Under the pieces are notes generated by a model. The model worked only from the letters and a program-made list of their open reading frames with translations. It searched no databases and was not told where the DNA came from. Positions 25,951-36,500 of a stretch of DNA of 64,000 bases are shown here, in pieces; position 1 is the first letter of the stretch, and the number at the start of each line of letters is the position of its first letter. Position numbers and translations under genes: made by a program. Source of the DNA: Takakia lepidozioides. Lineage: Eukaryota; Plantae; Bryophyta. The stretch is from positions 8,060,001 to 8,124,000 of the forward strand of contig CM060732.1 of assembly GCA_030704615.1 (NCBI GenBank). Direction: 5' to 3'.

Positions 25951-26980
25951 TCATCCAGGCACCATCTCCTCGTCCGTCTCACCACGCCACCGAACTCCAG
26001 TGTCATCCTGTTGGCTCGTGCATGGATTGCGACTCAATCCATCCGCATCCTGATTGACCAAACCCGGTCGATGCACAACCTGAAAGTCATACTCCTGGAG
26101 TATGAGTGCCCACCGTGCAAGCTTCCCCGTAAGCTTGTCTGACTCCATCAACCACTTGAGTGGCTGGTGATCCGTGACAAGGGTGAAGAGATTGCCGTAT
26201 AGATAGCACCTGAAGTGTGCCACGGTCCATACTGCAGCTAAGCACTCTCCCTCATATGAGCTGTACTTAGCCTCTGCAGCGTTGTTCGAGCGGCTAGCAT
26301 AAGCCACTACGAACTCTCTTCCCTCATCATCCACCTGTGTGAGCACCGCTCCAAGCCCCAGCATGCTCCAATCCGTATGCAGTTGAAAGGGACGCCCCCT
26401 GATAGGTCGTCTCAGGATAGGCGCCGAGGTCAACCTCGTCTTGAGCTCTTGAAAAGCTCGTTCCTGCTCATCTTCCCACTGCCACTCCTGGTCTACCTTG
26501 GTCAGCTTGGTTAGAGCCTTTGCAATGGCACTAAATCCCTTGACAAACCGTCTATAATAGTTTGCCAATCCCATGAAAGCTCAAACTCGGCTCACATCCG
26601 TGGGGCGTGGAATTTGTGCAATGGCCTCTACCTTAGTCTGCTGTACCCCCAATCCTCCAGGATATATCATATAACCCACATACTCAATCTGGTTGTGGAA
26701 AAACTTGCACTTCCCCGGATGCAACTTCAATCTGTGCGCTCTCAAGCGCTCAAACACCACCTGAAGGTGTCTCTCATGCTCCTCCACCGTAGCACTAAAG
26801 ATGATGATGTCATCTATGTAGCACCAAGCAAAGTCCACCCCTGCTAGAATCATATCCATGGCTCTCTGAAACTCTGCAGGAGCGTTCTTAAGCCCAAATG
26901 GTAAGATCCGCCACTGATATAGGCAATCCTTGCCGTGCTCATTGATCCCCCAGAATGTCGTCTTCTGCTTGTCCGCCTGC
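25951..26980 (-). pseudogene. Gypsy reverse transcriptase (N-terminally deleted) and RNase H
   Basis: KQKTTFW...LPFGLKNAPAEFQRAMD...CYIDDIIIFS...LHPGKC...DVSRV*AFMGLANYYRRFVKGFS...HTDWS...YASRS...YSSYEGECLA...TDHQPLKWL...ADGLSR. Confidence 0.93.
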
Positions 26981-26984
26981 CCAT

Positions 26985-27407
26985 CAGTGGCACATTCTCC
27001 AAGATGTATGTTGGAGATACAGCTTGATGAAGCTGCAAGTGGCGCAAAACCCGCACCATCTCCCAAAACAGACCCGACCTCGAGTCTCGCAATCCATTGC
27101 CATGCCCGGCTGATGAATGCCCTTGGCAGGGCCAACCTGCCACTACCAGATCAATGGAGCCAACCCGCTCCAAATCCTGCGCCCCCGGCAACGAAATGTT
27201 TGCTGACAAGGCCTGCTGATATCCACGAACTGTAGACACCGGCAACAACTTAGGGTACTGCTGCACCAATTGAGCAACATGGCTAAGTGAAACGCGTCGT
27301 ACAGTCTCATCCCTCTCCACATACAGGTAACGCCGAACTCGTACACCTGCCTGTAACACAACAACCAATCCGGTGCTGATCCCGCCAAACAAGTCCAGAA
27401 GACAAAT
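26985..27407 (-). pseudogene. C5 cytosine DNA methyltransferase domain (DNMT3-like, motifs I-VI) embedded in the Gypsy pol
   Basis: LLDLFGGISTG (motif I), YLYVE (motif II), IDLVVAGWPCQGHSSAG (catalytic PC motif IV), GLRDSRSGLFWEM (motif V) and YILENV (motif VI). It is in the same frame as the protease ORF across one TAA at 27531-27533. Confidence 0.92.
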
Positions 27408-27530
27408 GTCTTCATCCGGATACTGCCACACAATAGGTGTGGTATCCAATGGTGACAACTGAGGTGGTCCTGGTGCAATCCCCGCACTCTCCTCCTCTCC
27501 TGATGGTACAAAAGCCTCCACCCAGACTTG

Positions 27531-28871
27531 TTACACCCGTCGATCAACAACCTGCTGCAAATCCTTGCTCGTGCCCCACAATGGAATCTGAGCAACCATG
27601 GCAGGAAACTCCGCCATACCATACATGTCATCCTGCTCTCCCGGAGGTGTGTCATCCTCTGAATGAGCGTTACCCTCTAGCAACTCTCCAGGCCAAGTCA
27701 CTGCACATGTGAATGCTGCTAGTGTCGGCATCTTGCCCCGCTGGGCAATCGCAACTCCTCCTATGAGCATCACAGGGAGCTGCACACGCCGGCCCTCCCC
27801 TGACTGCCATCCAGGCCTATAGGAAGCTGACTCCTCCCAAAAATCCAGGGTGAAGCCCATGGGGTACAACACTGCCCCACCAACCAGGACATCGTACGAG
27901 ACAGCGTCTGTCACAATGGCCTTGGCTTGCATCACTGAGCCATTTGTAGGGTGATCCGGCTGTAGTCTGATAGCCAACTCACGGCGTGTCATGCCCCGAG
28001 CCTGCTCCAATCCTCCCAGAGACGTATGTATCTGGAAATGACAAGGCTCCATATCCGCCTCCGTGAGGCCCAAGCCTGCAATAGCAGCTCTGCCCAGCAT
28101 CAATGGCTGAGCTCCCGAGTCCAACAACACCCGCAGTGGCCGGTACCTCTTGCCTGCCGGTCCACTCAAATAGAAAATGTCATCCTGGTTGTCTAATATG
28201 ACAACTCCAGGTGTCACCATGGCGCGCTCAATGGCTGGCCTAGCTGGCAGCTCCATCAACCTGGCAGCTGCAGCTTGCCATGGTGCCACCGTGGCAGTCT
28301 TGACCCTCAAATCCGAGGATCCCTCCGGCACTACACCTCCCACTATCTCCGCAGAAGATGAAGTAACCTCCCCACTCTCACAGAGTGTAGCTGCCAGCCT
28401 GAATACCTCAGTTGGTCTTACCCCCGGCGTCGCAATCATGGTAGCCGAGAACATTGGAGCCTGACACACAGATGTGGCCGCTCCCAGCAGCACACTAGCT
28501 GCCGTAGCCTTGGCAACACTAGGTAGTGATGTTGCCCGTGTAGCTCTCCCCAATGGCATAGTAACCGCCTCGGTAACAGTCGGGCGAGAACTAGGTGCCA
28601 TGGATGGCGTCGACAATGTCTCCGCCAATGTGAATGACTGAGGAAGCCTAGCCTGACGGCTTGCCTCCCCACACTGTGGATCCAACTCCACCTCTGCACC
28701 TCGTGGCTCAGGAACTCGTGTTGCTCCTCGGGTCACGGCTGCAGCAAACTCCACCTGCACTAGTGGTAGTGCTGCTCCGCACATGAATCCCATGCCTCCC
28801 ATATCTCCTCTCTCATGAGCCGGAGGTAGACCATCCAGCCTTGGAGCCGGTACCACCTGAGCTGTAGCCAT
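27531..28871 (-). pseudogene. Retroelement low-complexity linker plus aspartic protease domain
   Basis: RVLLDSGAQPLMLG (D-S-G catalytic motif) and YDVLVGGAVL (ILG-like motif). Confidence 0.8.
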
Positions 28872-30849
28872 GGCAGCAGCTTATGATGGGGTACGGTGGA
28901 AAGCGTCCATTTTTTATATGTATTTTGGTATGACTAATAGAAGCTGAGGCGAGCCTCTGCTCTAGCTGCTGAAGCCGGTTGGCCATGCCTTGGTCAACAC
29001 CCTGACCCCCACGTCCTTGGCCATGTTGAGCTTGCCCTTGGCCTCCACCTCGTGCCTGGCCACCTCGTCATCTCGGGGTTGCTCCACCTCGCCCCCGGCC
29101 ATCATTGTTCCCTTGGAACTGGCCTGGGCGCAACTCAGGATGCAAACCATAGCACTGGGCTTCTCCATGCCCGTACTTGTCACAATGCCCACACTGCAAC
29201 TGTGCAGGCTGTGCCGGTGCCAAACCATTGCCTCCCTCTGGGCAATCCTTCTTGACATGGGGTCCTCCACATGTCCAGCACACCACATCCGCCCGTTGTT
29301 GGCCAGCAAATGAAGGGAGAGACCCCTGCATCTGAGGTCCTCTCTGCCTTCCCTGAGCTTCACCTGAGCCCCATTGTTGCCTTGAGCACGTTGAAGTAGT
29401 GGTTGGCTAGGAGCACCACTACCCCGTGGTGTCTCCTTAGCAAATCCCACTATGACCACTCGTTCCTCCACTACGTTGAGCTCTATCCGCTCTGCCAGCA
29501 AAAACACATTTGCTAAGGTAGGTTGGGCCGCTTGTAGGAGAGTTGCATCCCGCACCCTTCTCCTCAGCTCCTTGTCCAATATCCCATACCAGAATTGGAC
29601 TGCCTGAGCTTCCGTAACCCCTTGGGTTACATTTATCAAGCACCTCATGCGAGTGAAAGCCTCCATCAAGCTCTCAGTCGGCTTCCGTTGGAACACTACA
29701 AGAGATGAGCATTTTTAGGACTACGGCTTTGGCGGAGTCATAAAAACTGCACTAGGTATACGACTACAAAGCGCTGAAATGCGTTGCAATCATAGTTTTA
29801 TCACTATGTAGTAATGGATATCACTACATGACTCTGGAAAGTTAGGGAGCATTGGTCAAACATTGTTGATCACGATGACAGGGATGGTTTATATGAGTAG
29901 TGTGATATGTTTGACTACACGTGGACGACGTTTCATGAATCTTATGACTCCACGACTGAAGATGGTTTCACAGCTCTAATTATACGACTACATCACTACA
30001 CGTGTCATTTTGAAGCCACATACACGAATGTATTCATCCATTGGATGAGTTCATCCACAGCATGACATGGCATGTAAACTTATGACTGCCTAAGTGCAGG
30101 TTGTTTCATAACCCTATATATATGACTACATCACTACATGTGTCATTTTAAAGGCATTTATATGATTCTATTACTACACGTGTCATTTTGAAGGCATATA
30201 CATGAATGGATCCATCCATTGGATGAGCTCATCCATCCATATTTACCACAGATTCCTATCAGCTTTGAATATGTGTGGGGATTTGATATATGTTCAATAA
30301 ATTGGACTTGGATGGACGTGGCTTAACAAGCATCGCAAGATATATGAGATTAAAATATGCAATGGTCATGGTTGTACATGGAAATGATTTTGAATCGATA
30401 GATTGTATAAGGTCTAACGGTTTAAGATTAGGTATATCGAATTTCATGAGCAAATTCGCTTAAGTCCTGGCTGAGAGTTTTGGCAGATGCAACAATAGAA
30501 GGGGATGATGATGGTAGTAGGATTTTAGTTTATGACCACTAGAATGAATCAAAGTGCAAAAAGTTAATCTTTTGACAACATGAAAGTATCCAAAAAGAGG
30601 TAACAGAGATGAGGAGAAGCTGTGGAATGAATACTTTTCTGACCCCAGTCAATGGTGGGACAACCGAGCCAAAAAGGTGAATGTCTGTCATGATTTTGAT
30701 CACCAGTCATGTTGCGACCCGAGGCCCTGTTATCTTGGGCTAACATGCAGGGCAGTGCTGAAAGTCTGGCTTTCCGTTGTAAAAGTAATGAACTTTTCAT
30801 ATTTTGGAGGTTGTGTGACCTGGTTGGGATTAATTGCATCTTTGTGCAA

Positions 30850-32495
30850 GATCTTTCTACATGTTTAACTGTGTGCCGGTTCCTACGAAGCATTGCATCT
30901 GATGAGGCCCTCTGGTGCAGGCTGTAAGTTTTCCTTCCATAGCATTTTGTCCCCTTGGTTTTGCTGTCTAGGGCTGTGATCATGGCATTTATGCTTCTGA
31001 TCTCGGCTGCCTCTGCTACCACCCAAGGTCATTCATTCTTAATGTTAGTTTATTCAAAAATGCCGTTGTAGTGTCTCATTGTACATCGTATATTTGAGTC
31101 TCAGTATGTTGACCAGTGGACCCCTCGCATGTCATTTAGTCTGAGAAAGGCGTGGGAGTCCTGATGATGTATGATCATGCGGCCGAGGAGGTTTGAGACT
31201 GAGGGATCCTCTGGATTTGATGGGTGATCTTAATAAGAGGGGCTCATCTATGTCAAAGTTTTGGGTTAATTCAGAAACCAGCAAACGATATCTCCTATAG
31301 GTCGTGGTAAACTTTCAGATACTGTCTCCGATGGGGCCCTCCTTTGCGGAATGATCGTCGCGAGAATCCATGGGGCAGTGCATGGAAGAAGCTTTACTTT
31401 GAGGTTGGTTAATCATTTTTCTACATACCTTTTTGTGGTTGTTGACACATAATTGCCTGGACATGGGCAGTTATTCAGTTTGTAGTGAGTGACGCAGTAT
31501 TGCCAACATTCCAGTGGGGTATGTTTTGTTCAGTTACCCTGTTAAGTTGTAAAGTGATGGAAGTAGCTTCAATGTTTTAGGTGCTTACCATGTGTCTATG
31601 TCCAAAGATGGGAAGGGATCTAGCCTCTGCATCAGCCTTTCTGTTCATTTCTGTCCCACTTGTGTATCCCCATTCTTGGAGAAAATTTCATGGCTTACAT
31701 CACTGTCCTCTCATGCTTGCATTTGATTGGATAAAGAGGGGATAGAAGGAGTCAAAATAGAGAAGCCCGCTGAGTATTGTATGGTGTGAGCAGCGCGACC
31801 AGGTGGATATGATGGAATTTGTGAGGAACATACCTGGTGAGTTTCGCAGTATTATATTCAGATGTAGGCTGCAAAGCGCAGTCAGGCTCCTCTTCATTCG
31901 CAGGTAGTGAATTGACCCTTATTATTTCCTTATTCAACATTGTTGCATAGGATGTTGTACACTTTGGCACCAAACTATTGAATTACTTGTATAGGGTTGG
32001 GATGTGAGAACAAAACATTCAGAACCTTTATTTCTCGTTAACTGTAATTGTTCGTAAAGTTGAAAATACTGTCTGAAGTCACATCCTGTGCTCAAGTGTT
32101 GCAGTACCTGCTTTCCCCATAGAATCAGTTTTCTTGATCTATGGCTCATATCCAGTACATCTTGGAAGGTTTTAAAAGGATTTCCAGCTGGTCCCTTCTT
32201 TGTACACTAATCTGTTTCTTATGAGTGCAGTGTGGTAGGTTATGATGTTGTACTTCGGGCTTGCCATTATTGGAAGTTGGTCAACAGAGCTAAGGACCCA
32301 GATAGTTTTGTGGATTTTTTCGGTTCTCAGGTACATGATGATCTTGTGATGGTGGATACATCGGTTGCAGACCAAGTGACAGCATGGCATCGCAGCCAAA
32401 GCATGACTGACGTATATGCTGGTGATCATTGGTGCTCTGGTAGAACCTGTACGTACCATCAAATTGGTGACGTTTTCTTGTGCGAGAAGACTGGC
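30850..32495 (+). pseudogene. Captured fragments of an F-box protein gene (SKIP31-like), introns retained
   Basis: DLSTCLTVCRFLRSIASDEALWCRL|gt (F-box); RDQVDMMEFVRNIPGEF..YYIQM*AAKRSQAPLHSQ|gt; VHDDLVMVDTSVADQVTAWHRSQ...DHWCSGRTCTYHQIGDVFLCEKTG. These resemble the plant SKIP31 C-terminal domain. Confidence 0.75.
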
Positions 32496-32589
32496 CCACA
32501 ATGCTGTTCCTACCTATACTCAGACTTTGCCAACCTCCAATACTCAACCTTTGTACACGATTTAGATTCTGAACACTGCCCCTGCCCTG

Positions 32590-32745
32590 GTGGACATGTA
32601 TGCCAAATGTGGGTGCATCGAGGATGCCAAGGGAATGTTCAACACTATGGCTGAACGAGATGTGGTGTCGTGGAGTGCGATGCTTGCAGGGTAGGGGGTG
32701 CGGGATGGAGGCTTTGGAGACCTATGAGCAAATGATGGGGGAAGG
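32590..32745 (+). pseudogene. PPR (PLS-class) gene fragment
   Basis: LVDMYAKCGCIEDAKGMFNTMAERDVVSWSAMLAG...EALETYEQMMGEG, with indels. Confidence 0.75.
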
Positions 32746-33530
32746 GGGCACCTTCTTCAATAGCACAGCGGCTACAAGTGGGTAGATGGTCAACTGGAAA
32801 CAGCAGCACAATTCATAGAATAAGGCGCTGCTAATGAAGGCAGGGATGCCTCGGCGTGAGCCTGGTCACGTGAGCGCAACTGCGCTCACGCCACGTCACC
32901 TTGCGCCAATGCCACGTCACGGGGCTCACTCAACGTCATCACACGTGAAGGCCGCGTCACCACGCGCCCAGAAAGAAGTGGAGTGTATTCCCGCGGATTG
33001 GCACCCTTTACCGCGGAAACAAGCTGGACGACATAATAAAAGGCATTGAATAAAGGATGGATGAATATACAGTTGGATGATAAATAGATGGATGAGTGTG
33101 AAAAATGAATGTAGATGGATGAATGAGGGATGGATAAGAGTAAAATGGATGAATGTATAATGGATGTTGAGCAATGACAAAAATTCATGACAGGAAGATG
33201 CACGACCAAAACTTTTGACGAATGCACAACGTATATGAAATGAGTGTGGAAGGTTTGTGGGGTGGATTAAAGAGTATAGAGGATGAATGTACAATGGATG
33301 TTGAACAAAGGAAAACATTCATGAATGGAGCACACATGAATACACTGTAGATGAATGCACAATGGATATGAGAAGAATCAGGGAGGTTTGTGAGATGGAT
33401 TCATACATATTGCAATTTAAATGAAAGTTGATTCTGTGATTATTATTTGTTCTAAAGGAACAACTACAGTGGAGGAAGGGGATTCAACGTTTTCCAGATA
33501 GTATGAAAATGAATATTAAAATAATATAGT

Positions 33531-36500
33531 TCAGTCTGACTCAGAGTCAGTACAATGTATCCCCGCTTCCTCTGCATCTAAGTCTAAGTATTTTAGAACA
33601 CCGGATCCACGCTGGATACACCTACGGCTGGGCAGTAAAAAGTCAGGGGATAGGGACTCGGCCACGTGAAGTGCCATTGCTTCGGCATAAACAGGAAGTA
33701 AAAAATTGGAAAGGGGGCTGTCGAAAACAGACTCGCCAGAAATGACTGTATCTCCTGAAGATCCACCGTTGCCTTTCCTGAAAGACAGCCTGAAAAAGTT
33801 ATTACTGTAACTTTGATGTTATTGAGAAATTGAGTATGGCTCCCAAAGAGGGTTTAGCACTTACTCACATGAAAAGTCGTTGTCGACCTGCTTATCTTCG
33901 GGATCATCATCATTTTGAATTTGAATCCGATCAGTCTGTGTGCCTGAAGTGGAGCCAGACAGAAGGGGGAGGAGCACTGTGTTGTAGAGGTCAGAATCAC
34001 CCTCCATGCCAAAAAGGCTTCTTCCGCCTGCCTTGCATGCATGGTAAGTTGCTCCTGCACCACACATGAGGACATGAACAGTTTGGTGGGGGGGATTTAA
34101 GCAGATGAAACTGTTGAAAGAAAACCAATTCGGACGGGAAAGAACGAACCTGTGGACACAAAAAGATCGACCACCCGTGCAGAGTGGTGGCTGCATGACT
34201 CCAGCAGTATTTGCATGAACGCTGGGGACTTTTTCTTTGCACCTCTCCAGGGAGTGCCATCTGGTCTCTTCAGAGTCTGACTGGACTGCATGAAGTTGTA
34301 CAAAATGTCATCGACATGGGGCTCATAGGGGGGGTTGACGAAACAACCCTGGTCAGAAATCTCAAAGCTGCGGATGGAGGATGGTGTCTTGGAGGTGCGA
34401 ATCCTACGCAGGCACATCGCCTCGAACAGCCTCGTCTGCCAAAGATAGCAGGTTAGTGTGGTAAACACAATCTATAGTGGAAGTGTGTACATCGGCTATT
34501 AAGAACTCAGACACAAAAAAATCATTTTTATCACGAATCGGTGATGATCGGTGTCGATTATAACAGATTCTACTAGAGTGGAGCTGCAGAGAACATTGAA
34601 ACTCATCTTGAAAGCACAAGCAGAAGGGAGACGGCATACCAGCTGACCAGGGAAACCCCCTTTCACAAGGTAGAGGCTGTTCACACAATTCCATGTGCGC
34701 AAAACTTCAAACCCTGAAGACTTGAGGTATGATGCCAATGCCCGACGACTATCATTGTCATATGACTGAAAAAACAGAAGTGTCCCTGCATCAGAGAGGA
34801 AGTTATTACAGAACCCGAACACCCAACTCCAGTAGTTGTCCTCGAATTTGTTCCAGCGTGGCGTCTTGCCTTTTGGAAGAACTTCTGGCACAGCCTGGCC
34901 ATCCGGGATGTCGAGAATGACAATGTCGGCCGCATATATTTTCTGCACACCGCACACGAAGGTGGGACCTGTGCTCACCTGCAACAGACATGTTTTTTAT
35001 AAGAACGATGGCAAGAATGTTTTCAAAGAACGAGACTGAAATACTGCCAACGAAACTTTCAGAGAAAAAGGAAAGAAACTGGAATTCTCACCAAATTGAG
35101 GAATGAGATTATATTGTCCCAGGTAGGCGAAGGCACCCCAGTGTATCCTCTCTTTCGACTCTGCATCATCGACAGCCAACCCTCATTAACAATTTTCATC
35201 TCTCCTGCCGAATCAGAACGGGAAGGGTGTGGTTTGGCATCGAACACGCACTGAACAGTGCGGGTATATCTTCCAGCAGTAAAGTCATGCCCACTCTCCA
35301 TCTCCTTTTCTTTCTCCTTCCCCTTGTCCTTTTCCTTCTCTTTGGACTTGTCTTTGTCCTTTGGCTTTGCTGGTGAGATGGCTATGACATCAACAGCCTT
35401 GTCTTTTGGTTTGCGGCCCGCCTTCTTTCCCTTCTGCGGCGTTCCCTGAGCATCAGGCTCCTTGGCAGCCAATGTTGCTATGTTTCGTTGGTACTCTTCG
35501 TCAGTCAAAGGCGCCAGCATCTCAGCGTTATTGTTCAAGTATTTCATATGCTGTTCTTGAAAGGTCGTGTGCTCCGGTGGGCAGTCAAGGTACCACCCAC
35601 AGTCTCTGAAGTGAGAAGGACTCCAGTCCTTCAATATCCTGCAGTATACATGGTTGGATCGTTTGCAGGGTCCGACCACATGTCAAGATAGTCTGGAATT
35701 CCGCTCAGGTGATTTCCTTCCATAAGCACATATTTCGTGTACCTGAAAAATAGGAGATAAATCCCAACCCACCAAAGCGCTCAGTGAGTAAGATGCAAGT
35801 AGAACAGAATGAAAAAAACATAGAATGAAATGGCTCTGAGAACTGCTCCAAGGACCTTTCAGGACCACACAACTGCTCCGGATGTGAATGTCGTCAACGC
35901 CATTCAAAACATTCCATTCAATGATACTGTAAATACACCCTAATCCACGTGAATGCAAACTATCGTTTTGGAATGACACAGACATAGAAGTGAATGTCGT
36001 CAACGACATTCACTTTGGATTTGTGAACACGAATCAAAAAAAAGGCCGAAGTTATTCCTCAAATGAAGCAAATCAAAGTATGGAAATCATAAACTCGAGT
36101 AAGGACCCTCCAGGAAACTCAATGCACATTCATAACGAACATATCACTGAGGACCTCACAAACACTGTATGGTGATGGCGTCAACGCCATCACAAAAATA
36201 CAACAAAGAACCAATTACGTAGCTCCCAATCCATGTAATTCAATTTCGCGGGTGAACTAATACAGACACAGAGTGAATTGTTTCAACGACATTCACTTTG
36301 GATTCTCATAACAGAGTTACAAGCCTCCAGATTCCTCGCAAGAGGCAAAAACAATCAGAACAACTGAATGTCTGCATTGACATTCAGCAAAATGAATGAG
36401 GAACCCTCACTTTAACCTCTATGGACATTACAAAAATTTACATAACTCTGAGGACCCTCAACAACTCCGGATGTGAATGTCGTCAACGCCATTCAAGACA

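Noticed and set aside
26850-35000. Bacterial restriction-modification system or contamination
   Set aside because: Both methyltransferase-like domains lie within eukaryotic transposons, one of them spliced, flanked by intron-containing plant genes. No endonuclease partner was seen.
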